Assembly: GCF_963921235.1 (NCBI RefSeq)
Contig: NC_086108.1
Coordinates: 39,682,001-39,746,000 of the forward strand
Source: Mobula hypostoma
Taxonomy: Eukaryota
Reading direction: 5' to 3'
DNA: 64,000 bases
The position numbers and the translations under genes are program-made. The notes beneath the pieces are model-generated. The model was given only the letters and a program-made list of their open reading frames with translations, was not told where the DNA came from and made no database searches. Positions 25,490 through 38,900 of the stretch are shown here, piece by piece (position 1 is the first letter of the stretch; every line of letters begins with the position of its first letter).

Positions 25490-27015
25490 GCATTTTCCCA
25501 CTACAAATGTTAAGCAAACTGGCCTATAGTTACCTGTCTTTTGCCTGCATTCTTTTTAAAACAGTGGTGTGACATTTGCTGCCTTTCAATCTACCAGGGC
25601 CTGCCCCTAGTTCAGAGAATTCTGGCAAATTATGACAAATGTATCCACAAATCTTCCTGCCGAAGGGTTTCAGCCTGAAATGTCAACTGTAGTTTTTTCC
25701 AAAGATGCTGCCTGTCCTGCTGAGTTTTCCCAGCATTTTGCGTGTGTTGCTCGGATTTCCAGCGTCTGCAGATTTTCTTTTGTGTGCTTTAATTTCTGCC
25801 ATTTCTTTCAGTACACTGGGATACTTCACAACAGGATCAGGGAAGTTGTCTGCATTTGGGATACTAGTTTCCTCATCACTACCTCTTCAGTGACAGTGAT
25901 TATATCGAGGTGAACACCTCCCATGGCATCAATAACATCTCTCTTTGCATGTTAGACATGTCTTCCACCATGAAGACCAGTACAAAATAGTTGTCTGTTC
26001 AAGGCCTCATCCATGTACACATTACCCAATATTAATTCCCCTTCTCATCTTCCAAGGGACTCATGTTCACTTTAGCCACTATATAATTATAAAAACTATT
26101 TTTATATGTTTTATATATTTTGAGCTGGATTACTTTCAGAATCTATCTTCCCTTTCCTTATTCTTCCTTTGTGGTTCTTTGTTACATTTTAAGTTTTCCT
26201 TATATTCCAGTTTCCCACCACTCTTGACAACTTTGTATGCATGAGCTTTTAGTTTGGTACCTTCTTTTATTTCTTAAGTTATGCAAATCTGGCTTTCCCC
26301 ACCCTTACTGTCCTTGCTTTTAACTGGAATATACTTTTGTTGTGCACTGTAAAAAATTTATTTGTTACCCTTCCACTGTTCCTCAACTGTCCCACCATGT
26401 AGCTTGTATTCCCAGCCTACACTAGCCTGCTCTCTCATCCCCATTGTAGTTACCTTTGTTTAGGCATAATACACTGTTTTTAGATTGAACTATTGCACCT
26501 TCCATTTGTTTGAGAAATTCAATCATACTATGATCACTCTTTCCAAGAGGATCCCTAACTGCAAGATCATTAATTTCACCTGTCGCATTGAACAGGACAA
26601 AATCTAATTTAACATTTTCCCTTGTAGGTTCACTGACATGCTTTTCAAAAAAAGCTATAGTGGATGTATTCTATAAAGTCCTCCTAAAGACTGCCTCGAC
26701 CAACTTGATTCGCCCATTCTATGTGCAAGTTAAAGTGCTCCATAACAACTGCTGTTCCATTCTTTTATTGTGTGCATCAGATATTTCTTTGCTTTATTGC
26801 CTCTGCCATTGTAATATTATTATTTGGTGCCTTATAGACAACTCCCACCATTGATTTTTTTCCCTTTACTATTCCTAATATCTACTCAGGACTCAATATT
26901 CTTTCACTATAAGCCTGATTTCTTCTTTAATTAAGAGCGCTTCCCTATCTCCCATACCTTCTTGCCTATCCTACCATATTATTTGATATCCTTGGATATT
27001 TAATTCCCAATTTGG
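25490..27015 (-). mobile_element. Old CR1 ORF2 remnant, with a + strand PLE pLTR piece at about 25653-25790
   Basis: Minus-strand NYRPVCLT and endonuclease-like segments; pLTR piece cctgccgaagggtttcagcctgaaatgtcaactg...tctgcagattttc. Confidence 0.65.
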
Positions 27016-27024
27016 TTCCTTAAG

Positions 27025-27550
27025 GTTGTTAGGGCCAGGAGTGGTAATGAGGACAAGCTCTCAGTACCTATTAAATGCTCCCAATCACATGCACCTCAAA
27101 TAACCTCTGTCTACTAAGTCTGGTTCCTTGCCTTCACATGTGGCTTAGCTACTATGCTGGCAGAACCATTTCTACTGACTGGAGAAGGGACAAAGGTGGG
27201 TTATTGACATCTTAAAACCAATTGCTTCAGGCAGATGGGGCTCTTCAGCTATGGCTGGCAGGTCATCTAGGAGAAGGAAAACGCTGATCTCAAACCTCCA
27301 CTGGACACTCATGGGGAAGGCTTGTGGAGTAAACCCCAGTGGAGTCCCTAAGGCAGACCTACATTGAGTTCAATGCTAACTGGCAACACCTGCGACACTG
27401 CTGGTTCCTTTGGGTTTATCAGCTCCATGGAGAGGGGGAGCTTGCTACATGGACAACAGCTTCTCTCCATATTGTACTGCTCAGGCTTGCATATTTAGAC
27501 AGGTAGGTTGCAACATCCATGGTCTGCCCCGACCAATGGAGACCCCACTC
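27025..27550 (+). repeat. Interspersed repeat of unresolved class (possibly RTE 5' region)
   Basis: GC-richer block interrupting the CR1 remnant; recognised only loosely. Confidence 0.35.
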
Positions 27551-29614
27551 ACTCACTAATTCCCATTGGCCACCAAATCATACCCCTTTGTACAGTTTTG
27601 TTCAATGACCGTGCTTCAACTACTGGCATTTAGATAAAGTACCCTTGCACTTATTGTCCTTTTAGAATCTAGTAACTTTATGTCATTTCTGTACTTCACT
27701 CTGACTTTTTTCTTTACTAACTTTTGTTTTGTTTTCCTCTGTCTCTGCTGGATTTGCCAACCCTCTGCCATATTAGTTTAAACCTTCCCGAACGGCACTA
27801 GTGAGAGAGCTTGGTGTAGAATGGAGTGAAAGGTGAAGATTTCTGTTATGAAGGATAATACATGATTGGAGTGAAATGTATTTGTGGTTGAGGAAAAATA
27901 GTATCTGAAGGTATATGTGGTTGTGGTGTAGGTCATTGATATTGGTGGGGTAGAGTAGAGACAGCACTTTAAGTTATTTTGGGGGCTGAAATCATGATCA
28001 GCTGCAGATTCAATCACAGTTGCAAGGCATGCAGGATGCAGTATGATGACAATTTAGTCCATATCTTTTTATGTGTGTTGGAAAATTTCCTGATCTTCCT
28101 GCCACCTCCCACTGTAAAGGAAGTTTCCTGATGGATCTGGTCCTTCTCATCTAATTTTCCATGTTAGATTTTGCAAAGCATGGGAAGTCAAACCAGCTTG
28201 TGTTAAAATTGGTAACAATATTAAAATTAAGAGGCCATGAGATGTGAAGTTTTGCCGCGGCTTATAGTGTGAAGTTGCAAGCCTCTTCTGAGAGTATTAG
28301 TTGCTTGCTCTTTTATCCAATCTCCATTAGATTTCAATTTTGGGTCTTGAAAATGTTTAGGATAATTTAAGAAAACTCTATCCACAATTGCTAATTCCCA
28401 TGCTATTTCAATAATTAGTACAGAATTTCCAATGCAAATACAGATATTGGAATTCGGTGCACAAACATTTATGTTGACTATAAAGAGTAAACACGAAGCA
28501 AATATCTTAGTCACATCGTGGTTTGTTGATGAATTAATCAAATTAACTGAATGCTTTCTAAAAATATTTGTATTTGGTTTGTTTTAACTGTAACTTATAA
28601 CAAATAAAGTACTATATGCAATGTTTATCCAAAAAAATACAATGTCATGAAATGCAATCCTAACATTGCGTGTCAGTTTGCTCTTCCACACTATAAACAG
28701 CAGCGAAACTTCACATCATATGACATTTCCTGCCTGGAATTGTTTGGAAACTTAAGCTCTTTAATTGAATGTATTATTCAAACAGTTATTAGACCTGGAT
28801 TCCTCGTATGTGTATGGGACTGTTTGGCACTCAAATACAATTGTTCCAAGCAAAGTTATTTTAAGAACTTAATTAACAGACAAAATTTCTGACACAACAG
28901 ATATTAACATCACAGTCTCAATTCCCGTTTCTTAAAGATGATCATTAACATAGTACTTCTCATGACTTCAGTAATATCTCAATGCACTTTTGAAGTATAG
29001 CACATGTCACACATAATGAACTCTCATAAAGAGTTCTTACTTACTCTGACTCCTCATCTTTTTTTCCAGTTTGATGAAGGGTCTCAGCCTGAAACATTGA
29101 ATATACTCTTTCATAGATCCTGCCTGGTCTGCTGAGTTCCTCCAGTGTTTTGTGTATGTTTCTCATAAAGAGCACTGGAATTTCTTTTTAAGTGTACTCA
29201 TGGAATGTGGCCTTTCTGAGAAGACTAACACTTACTGTTCGTTCTTAAATTTCCTTGAAACAGTGATCATTGTAGATTATTGAATCCTTGCATACTTGAA
29301 AAATATAGGCATGATGTGGTATGATTTTCAATGCATTGCTGTATCAGCTACTGTTGTCAGTTGCTGGTTGTTTCCCATCAATAGAGAATAATTGATAAGA
29401 GGACCTACCCTTGCTACTCATTTTACTTGGATATAGATGCTATGTCGGTAATGAAAACCATTGCTGGGAAGTAACAAACGAGTAATCAAAGATGAAATGG
29501 AAAGCACAGAATGAAGTGTTCTGATGGCCTAATTCTGCTCCTATATTCTATATCATACGTCTTACACAGAGTGGTGATCATAAAAATAATCATCCAGGGA
29601 TCCTAACAATCATT

Positions 29615-29958
29615 CTAGGTCAAGCAGAAGTTCACTAGCTCTTCTTCCAGTCTAGTGTACTGCATTCAACGTTCAGAATGTGGCTCCTCTGGATTGGGTA
29701 AACCAAATACAGATGGGGTGACCACTTTTCCAGGCATCTGCACTGAGTCCACAGGGCAATCCAGAGTTTCTCATTGCTTGGTACTTTAACTCTTTATCTC
29801 AGCTTAACAAATTTCTTTTGCTTCACTTCCATTTGATAAAGGGTCTTCGACCTGAAACATTAATCTTGTTTATCTTCCCACTGATGCCTCTTTACCTGTT
29901 GAGTATTTCCAGCAATTCCTGTTGTTATTTTAGATTCCAGCATCTACAGTTTTTTTGA
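29615..29958 (+). mobile_element. Old PLE 3' fragment (GIY-YIG plus pLTR); another pLTR piece at about 29065-29160
   Basis: SSSLVYCIQRSECG...WGDHFSRHL; decayed tgataaagggtcttcgacctgaaac hammerhead region. Confidence 0.65.
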
Positions 29959-30654
29959 TACATAGATATAGCAAATATGTTGGTAAGATGGAAATGTACG
30001 AGAGGCTTGATCTGTACACAGGAAAAAATTAAGATCTTCAAGACAGCAAATGATATTGTTGAGACCTTAGAGAAAAACAGAGAACAAAGTAGATGAAAAG
30101 AGGAAGGAAGTAGAAGTACCAGAAGTAAGACCAGATATGCAGGCACTGCTTGTGAGTCTGTTTGTGTGATGGATATTCACACAAACAGATTCTGAGGCCT
30201 TTTTTTGCAAAACACAGCAGCTAACACTTCTAGCGATCAAAGTGTTATTTTGATTAAACGTTCAACCAATATTCTTTGTTTAGTTTCTTGTTGTAATCAT
30301 GAACTAGTCTTTAGTTTTTAATGTAAATGGCAATCAATAAACAGATTGAAATTAAAAGGACAGCTTTGCAAACAGACACACTGCCAATAGAATGCAAGAT
30401 GTTGGTTCATAGCACCTAGACTGACTTCTCAAGAGTTGCAGTGTAAGACATTAGGTTACTTAAGTGAGCTTGTTTCTAAGTACAGACAAGTTGGCTAAGA
30501 TATTTAGTTCAATAAGTTTGCAGACCAGATTGATATCACTTAGCATATCAAATGGCTGATCTGTTAATGGTTGGGAAGTGTGTATGTTCAAGAGTCAACT
30601 GCACAGCATTAACTGTGGGAATCTGGGAACTGTGTCTCCAAGAAGCTTTTAGAC

Positions 30655-30733
30655 CAGGGGTTCCCAACCCTTTTTTTCATGCCTTGGACCAATACCATTA
30701 AGCAAGAGGTCCGTGGACCTCAGGTTGGAAAAT
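30655..30733. mobile_element. hAT MITE related to 21244, right end disrupted by a non-LTR 3' tail
   Basis: Left TIR caggggttcccaacc; internal sequence similar to the reverse complement of the 21244 copy. Confidence 0.65.
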
Positions 30734-31109
30734 CAAAGTCAAAGTACATTTACTATCAAAGTATGCATGCAGTACACAACCCTGAGATTTATTTTCCCAC
30801 AGACAGCCATGAAAGAAAGAAACACCATGGAATCGGTTCAAAGAAAACGTCACACACTCAATGCAAAAAAAAAGAACAAATCATGCAAACAGCAGAAAAA
30901 TGACTGAAAACACAGAGAATATAAAAAAAAAAGAACTACAGAGTCCTTGAAAGAGCCTAAGGATGTTCAGTTTAGTGCTGTGTCATTCACTGACTGCAGG
31001 CCACAGAGACAGTCAGCCCCAATCAAAATTGCACAAAATAGCAATTTTAAAAAAGGAGTAACCCAAGATTCTGGCATCGTCCTCCAGCAGCAGTGAGTGC
31101 AAGGAAGGG

Positions 31110-31156
31110 GACGAGAGAGAGAAAGGGGGGAGGGAGGGAGGGAGAGGGGGAGAGAT

Positions 31157-31201
<45 letters not shown>

Positions 31202-31215
31202 AAGAGAGACTGAGA
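31110..31215. repeat. (GA)n microsatellite / polypurine tract
   Basis: Direct reading. Confidence 0.95.
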
Positions 31216-33091
31216 CTGGTAGGCACTTTAGTCAGCAAAATTGGCAAGAAATGGAATCAATCATGGGCTCACACCCTGTCTCCAGCTTTCTTGGCCTCCA
31301 GGCTGCACACTCCATTCCAAACCTCACTGAAATTCCTTGGAGACAGCAAAGTGCCACATCGTTCAATCAGCCCGAAAACGCATCATCAAACTGTAAATTG
31401 CCTGAAGGATGTTGCCTTTGGTCACATTGTTTGCTCGCGCCATCTTCTTCAAGACACCCTGTTTAGACTGGTTGTGTAAAAAGGGTATCTGAAAAAATCA
31501 TATATGCGTGAAATCACCCAAGAGGCAGAAAAACAGTATAAGTGTAGAGAGCAGTTCAGGCTTATTAGGAATGGTTAAAGACAATCAAGAAGAATGACAG
31601 AAAGACAGGGTGACTAGAATCCATTCCTTTTCCTTTGATTTCCGTGATGGAGGACTCGTTCATAGGCATTGTTAGTATGTCATTTTTACTTACAGAAATT
31701 AAATCTTTGATTTGGAAATCCTTTGCGCTTTAGAAATTGTTTGTAATATGGAAATGCTTTTTAAGATAAAAATCCTCCGTAAGTTTTAAAAGTGTTTTAA
31801 GAATCTTGTCTGGATTTAAATGTGTATCACTAAAAATGAATGAACTGTGTTTAAACTACTATGTTACCTGGAAGCATCTCCTCCTTAGTAGAGAGGGCAG
31901 ACCCACCACTCATATAGTGGTATTGGCAGCTAAACTCAGCGTGGAAGATAAACAGAAAAGTGAACTTGTTTTTGAAGAGTAGGTAGTTGCAGAATAACCT
32001 CCCTTATGGTACCCATAGCTATCTATATTGGATAGGACTTAACGTATTCGTCTGAATTTAGAACTTCGTGGTCAGCAAACCCGGTATCTCCAAATTTTTC
32101 ATGCTTCTTCAAGATGCTTCAATAGTCACGCAATAGGACATGTTGAATGCACGTACAGACCACTCAAGAAAGCAATTGCTGATAAGGGCAATTATCACAA
32201 CCAACAGACCTCAGATAGTCAGTATGCTTAACCCATTAAACCCATTGCTGTATGCTCTACTCACACATGACTGCACGGCCAAACACCCGAGTAATCAAAT
32301 TGTCAAGTTCGCTAATAACACGACAGTGGTGTGCTCATAACCAACACAGAATAGATGGCCTACAGGTAAGAGATGAAAGAGCTCAAGGGCTGGTGCCAGA
32401 CAAATAACCTCTTCCTCAATGTCAACAAGACAAAGGAGATGATTATCGACTTTAGGAGAACTCACACCACTCACACCCCTTTTTACATCAGCAGCACAGT
32501 TGTGGAAACTGTGAGCAGTTTCAAACTCCTGGGAGCGCACTTCTCACACAATCTCTCATGATCTGAGAACACATCCTACACAGTCAGGAAAGCTCACCAG
32601 CTACTTTCTGAAAAGGCTGAAGGGAGCTAGACAATGCATATCTCTACTCACTTCATTCTACAGATGTGCATCCTAACATGCTGTATCACTGCAAGGGACG
32701 GAAATTGTACCATGGCGGACAGGAAGGCTCTACAACACAAAGTCAAAATTGCCCAAAACATCATCGGCACCAGCCTACCCATCCAAGGGCATATATACAG
32801 AAAGGTGCTAGAAAAGGGCCAGTAACGTCATGAAGAATCCCACCCACCCTACTCATGGACTGTCTGTCATCAAGGATGAGGCCACACATCATATATGCCA
32901 GGATCACTAGACTTAAAAAGTTACTTTCCCCAAGCAATAAGGCTGATTTCAACACCTCCACCCATTAACCCACCCCACCACTACTTTATCACTTCCTGTC
33001 AGTCACTGTATATATTGATACTCCTGCGCCTAATGTCACGTTATAGATAGGCAATCAATCTATGTGTATGAACTATCTTATATATTTATTA

Positions 33092-33375
33092 ACGCAAACA
33101 CGAGAAAATTTGCAGATGCTGGAAATTCAAGCAACACACGCAAAATGCTAGTGGAACGCAGCAGGCCAGGCAGCATCTATAGGAAGAAGTACAGTCGACG
33201 TTTCGGGCCGAGACCCTTCGTCAGGACTAACTGGAAGTAGAGACAGTAAGTGAGGGGGGGGAGGGGGAGATCCAAAATGATAGGAGAAGACAGGAGGGGG
33301 AGGGAAGACGCTAAGAGCTGGGAAGTTGATTGGCAAAAGGGATACAGAGTTGGAGGAGGGGAAGGATCATGGGGC
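33092..33375 (-). mobile_element. PLE pLTR insertion with 10-bp TSD inside the Rex1-like 3' UTR
   Basis: atatttatta at 33082-33091 and 33376-33385; sequence related to the 16179 element. Confidence 0.85.
33192..33229 (-). ncRNA. Minimal type I hammerhead ribozyme motif (PLE-associated)
   Basis: uaguc-CUGACGA-a-ggg-ucucgg-ccc-GAAAC-GUC-gacug: stem I, core, stem II, palindromic ACGU stem III, GUC cleavage triplet. Confidence 0.75.
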
Positions 33376-33727
33376 ATATTTATTATGTTTTTTTAATTAT
33401 TGTGTTCTTTATCTTATTATGTTTTTTTGTGCTGCATTGGATCCAGAGTAACAATTATTTCATTCTCCTTTATACTTGTGTACTGGAAATGCCGTTAAAC
33501 AATCTTGAATCCATTTTCCTTGGACAGATGGGGGCAAAGAAAAAGAACATTCCCCAGTGGATTATTTTTGTGTGCTGGAATTGAAGATCAAAAAGCTGGA
33601 AATGTAATTACTAAATACAGGGAGTTACCAACCATAGATTTGGAAGGTTCCTTCAATGATACCATGCCTATTGACACAGAAACAAGCTGGTTGGTTCTAG
33701 AGCATGAATTACTGAATATGAACCATA

Positions 33728-34443
33728 CCTTTAGTACTTTTTGTTAACTAATGTTAAGCAACTATGCAAGGCAAATGTCCAGGTTATTGGAGAGTTAGAT
33801 TGCTACGTTGTCAGTGGAGATGGTTGGATCCTTTTGTCCATCATGGTAATGACCATGTGTGTGATCATGGGCATCGATTGGATTGTGTTGCTTTGGCTGA
33901 CAAAATGTGTTCTTCAAAGAAGTGCTGTGTTGCATAGTAAAGAGGTTCATGAGCTGCACAAGGTGTCAGGAGGCTTAGAGCTCAAAGAAAGTTGTAGCCA
34001 AACCAGGAAGATAATAACAATTTTCTAACAAGGTAATCATGGAGAATGAGAGGTTGGACACCATTGTTCGACCAGCTGATAAGAAAAGAGACAGTAAGCC
34101 TGGAAAAGAGAACATGGTACAGGCAGGGTAATTCTCTCTGTGGAAGTGAGCATGGTGGCAAAAGGGCTGGGATACACCAACACCGGAAAGCTGTAGTGTG
34201 AATTGAGGAAAGAATGAAGAATGTATGTTCTGTGACATTCGAAGACCTCATAAGAGTGTTCATTGAAACCTGGGGAGTATTGACAGTTAGTGTGTCCACT
34301 AGGAAGAGCTGTGCACATATTTACTGCACCACAGTGCAGCAAGTACAACAAATGGTACAGTTCAATAGCAGTGCGAGACTTGGGCAGAAGGTGTACATAC
34401 TGCAAGTCTCTACGGGGACCATTAATGTGGTTGCAATACAAGT
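33728..34443 (-). other. Candidate exon of a minus-strand transcript (3' boundary uncertain)
   Basis: Strong acceptor ctgac...ctgcttgttgtttctctctgcag before 34443; possible donor aag|gtatgg near 33728; non-repetitive sequence. Confidence 0.35.
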
Positions 34444-35214
34444 CTGCAGAGAGAAACAACAAGCAGGGTCAAAAAGCAGGTCAGAGTGAAAAGTCCTGGT
34501 GACTGAAATCTCTACTTTCAGTCCTTAGCAGTTTCAGCATGTTTAGAAAAGGGGATAACTGCACTCAGTTGGATCTGTTCTGAAATGGTAGGAGATGGGG
34601 TGGTGGGTTCTGAAAAGGCTTGACCTTGGATGACATTATGGTTGTTTCACATGCAACCTTTTTTGAACTAAACAGGCTACAGGTAAGCTACTAGGTATAG
34701 ATCTATCAGTGTATAACTCCATGATACAGTACTGCTTGGGAAAGGTTTGTCACTACCTATGTAACATTGGAGTTCAGTTTGTTATAGAGCCGGTTTGTCC
34801 AAGTGTGAACTGCTGGAACAAGTGTAACAATATGGTGTAATATTGGTGCATACAGGTTTGTCATTGTATAACATTAGGGTACAGTACTGGTGGCCATAGT
34901 CTGGATCAATACCTACCAGCATTGCCTGGGTAAAGCAGAGCATGGAGGGAGAAAAAGGAAACAGAGAATAGAAGTGTAAGTGTTTTTTACTCAGTCATGA
35001 GGGAAGTGGTCACCACTAGTCAGTACGAGGACCACTACTACGATTAATATGGATTAATGATTTGGACTTGGGTTTCCCACATTTGGAGATGACACAAGAC
35101 AAAGGGGAAAAGGCAACTGTGAGAAGGATAGTGAAAGACAATCTAGATGGGCTAGTGAAGTGGGTGGCTGATGAAAATTAATGCTGAGAAATACAAGGCA
35201 TTTCATATTGCAAT

Positions 35215-35655
35215 ATAGTCATAGTAGTCATAGTCATACTTTATTGATCCCGGGGGAAATTGGTTTTCGTTACAGTTGCACCATAAATAATAAATAGTAA
35301 TAGTAATACTACTATTAGTAAATAGTAATAGTCATGGAAATAATAAATAGTAATAGAAAAACAGTAATAAATAGTTAAATAGTAATATGTAAATTATGCC
35401 AGTAAATTACGAAATAAGCCCAGGACCAGCCTATCGGCTCAGGGTGTCTGACCCTCCAAGGGAGGAGTTGTAAAGTTTGATGACCACAGGCAGGAATGAC
35501 TTCCTATGACGCTCTGTGCTGCATCTCGGTGGAATGAGTCTCTGGCTGAATGTACTCCTGTGCCCAACCAGTACATTATGTAGTGGATGGGAGACATTGA
35601 CCAAGATGGCACGCAACTTAGACAGCATCCTCTTTTCAGACACCACCGTGAGAGA
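35215..35655 (-). mobile_element. Rex1/Babar 3' fragment of the 50716 family, inserted in an old CR1
   Basis: VVSEKRMLSKLRAILVNVSHPLH...; (ACTATG)n tail. Confidence 0.9.
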
Positions 35656-37142
35656 GGTGGAAAATAAAATATAAAATGGAAGGCACAAATAGTAAAAGTG
35701 TAGAGAAACAGAGAGTTCTGGAAGTCTATGTGCTCATTTCATTGAAAGTGGCAGACTAGGTTAAGACCAAAGTTATAAGAAGTCTACATGATCCTGGCAT
35801 TTATAGACAGAAGTAAAGATTCCAAAAGGAAATTGCAGGGAGAATGGATAATGGTATTTAGAACCAAGATGGATTTTCACAGGGAACTGAAGAGAGGGCT
35901 ATAGTGAAAGAGAAGCCAAGAATATGAAAACCATTCAGAAAAAAAAGTTAGAAATTGTTATTACTGTGCTTGTCTCAGATAATGCTTTAGAAATTATGTT
36001 TAATTTCAATTACTGTAATTGTAATGGGGTTCTTGATTGCCATTAAGCTTTGGCTTCACAGTTGAAAACATGTGATATAGTATATTCATGGTTATTTATC
36101 AGTAAAGCAACTGGAGTACAGGATGTGAAATTAGTCATTCACTAGCTTTATCAGTGTCTGTGTCATATTAATTTATCTATGTTGAGAGGATAAGATGTGC
36201 TGATTTATATTCAGCTAACTTTACAGTTGTTGACTAAATGTATCCTGTAATTAATTACCTGCATATTGTATGTAAATAATATGTAGTTACTATTGTTATG
36301 GGTTTGCTCTTTTTTGTTTGGGAAGTGATCAATATGCAATGTATTATAATGGACGTGTATATACTATATAAGAACAATACTTACAATTAGGTTTATTGTA
36401 TCAAACACTTGTTTGTTGGGTGTGGTTGCAATCAATAAAGGATTTTAGTTACTTGCCTAAATATTTTTAAACTTATTTTTTTTGGGATAGCACATTGCTG
36501 TCAAGTATTTATTTCCATATGTCACTCACAAGTTTCACACCCTTTGACCTGTTCTTATAGTTATGGCATTTATATTGCTGGTTAATTGAACTTCCTATTA
36601 ATTTGATGGCCATTTAAAGTGGAAGTTGATAGGTTCTTGATTATTAAGGGTGTCAAGTGTTATGGAGAGAAAGCAGAATAGAGTTGAGCGGGAAAATATT
36701 GAAAGGCAGAGCAGACTCAATGGGCCGAATGACCTAATTCTGCACCTATAGCTTTTGGTCTTAATTTGATTCTAGGAGACTTGGCAAAGTTAATATCATT
36801 GAATGCCAACAGTAGGTGGTAGTCAAGGGCCAACTGCCACTGGTGTTACATTCATGCCCCTATGTCCTTGAAGAAGGAGCAAGTGGTATCTATGGGTACA
36901 ATGTGGGATTTTCAAGATGACTGGGCACCTCAGGAGCTTGAGTGCATTCTGAATGGCGAAGACAATGTTATAAATTTAAAACTGTAAATACTGTGCACTG
37001 TAATATCATGTTGTTGTCAACAACAACAACAATATCATGTTACTGTGATCCTGAATAAACCACCTTTGGGTAAATGTGATCCTGAATAAACCAGCCCTTT
37101 GATGCCCATTGTTTTCAGATTGTATCCCGGTGATCAGGTCTA

Positions 37143-37890
37143 AGAAACATAGAAAACCTACAGCACAATGCAGGCCCTTCGGCCCACAAAGTTGTGCCGA
37201 ACATGACCCTACCCTAGAAATTACTAGGGTTACCCAGAGCCCTCTATTTTTCTAAGCTCCATGTACCTATCCGAAAGTCTCTTAAAAGACCCTATCGTAT
37301 CTGCCTCCACCACCGTTGCCAGCAGCCCACTCCACATACTCACCACTCTGCGTAAAAAACTTACCCCTGACATCTCCTCTGTACTTACTCCCCAGCACCT
37401 TAAACCTATGCTCTCTTGTGGCAGCCATTTCAGCCTTGGGGAAAAAGCCTCTGACTATCCACATGATCAATGCCTCTCATCATCTTATACACCTCTATCA
37501 GGTCACCTCTCATCCTCTGTCGCTCCAAGGAGAAAAGGCCGAGTTCACTCAACCTGTCTTCATAAGGCATGCTACCCAATCCAGGTAACATCCTTGTAAA
37601 TCTCCTCTGCACCTTTTTTACGGTTTCCACATCCTTCCTGTAGTGAGGCGACCAGAACTGAGCACAGTACTCCAAGTGGGGTCTGACCAGGGTCCTATAT
37701 TGCTGCAACATTACCTTTCGGCTCCTAAATTCAATTCCACGATTGACAAAGGCCAATACACCGTACGCCTTCTTAACCACAGAGTCAACCTGTGTAGCTG
37801 CTTTGAGCATCCTATGGCCTGGGACCCCAAGATCCCTCTGATCCTCCACACTGCCAAGAGTCTTACCATTAATTCTATATTCTGCCATAC
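37143..37890 (-). mobile_element. CR1 3' fragment
   Basis: RTLVRPHLEYCAQFWSPHYRKD; TTTCTATG tail; same family as 49296. Confidence 0.9.
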
Positions 37891-38665
37891 TTTAATCAAA
37901 CAATACAAGATTAACAGCCCTTCACTTATTTAAAACCGGATCATTAAATACTTTTTACACTCCTATTAGGACATATGGAAACCTGATTTAACACGTCATA
38001 TAAAAGTACAAAATTTTTGTACGATATAGTATTACCTGTATTTTATACTGGAGCGGGACCAAATTGCAACATTAAGAACGCTACATGTTGAGTTCAGGCT
38101 GAAATTGTGCAGTTAAAAAAACAATGCATCCAAAATAAGCAAAATCTATTTCAAGATAACAAAACACTGTGAAAAGACTTTGTACTGCAACGAAGAACCT
38201 AAGTTTGGTGATCCATGACACATCCAGGCAGCACAAGAAATAATTAAATAATATTTAACATTGAAGACCTTTGTGACCTAACGAAAACTTACGAGCCGGA
38301 TGTATGGCAGTTGTAATAAGTTGTAATATCCTAATAGCTTACACGTAAAAAGTCACCACAAACAGTATGCCCTGTTTTTGTTTTCGTCTTGAAGAGATTT
38401 ATGATCTCACTTAAATTAGGTGGTCAGTAAGGGTACAAGCAGTTTTGATTGTTTCAATTACTTCATGGATGTTTCTCTGACAAAACACTAAATAATGTGG
38501 TCTGCAAAGTCTCCCACTTGGAAGTTTATTTTTGTTGTCATTTCTCCTTGCAGCAAATTTCAACTAGATTCATAAAGCGAATTGGCATAAATCTTCTAAT
38601 TTAATCGCTTTGATGTTGTCGTGGCTGTTTATCTTTTTCCACTGTGTCACTTTGGGAGACTTTAC

Positions 38666-38900
38666 CTGCGCACCAAAGGGCAGAGAAATTTGTAACACAG
38701 CTGGGGAAATTGGAAAAGCTCTATTGAAGAGGAGGTACAACAGCACAGACGAAAACCCTGCATCGTACAGCACAATAACAATTGACTCAGCGATACTATC
38801 TCCAAGAACTGAACAAATAGTGACTACGTCGGACAGTGGCGGTGAAAAGCACTGCGGTAACATGACGGCTTGAGATACAGGGCAATTCTAGATCCAATGA
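38666..38900 (-). other. Candidate first exon of a divergent minus-strand transcript (5' end unknown)
   Basis: Donor CAG|GTAAAG at the left edge of the CpG island; gccgtcATG at 38863. Confidence 0.45.

Larger units (their letters stand above)
32230..33510 (+). mobile_element. Old Rex1/Babar-type LINE 3' part
   Basis: LYALLTHDC...IVKFANNTTVV, WCQTNNLFLNVNKTKEMIIDFRR. Confidence 0.8.
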
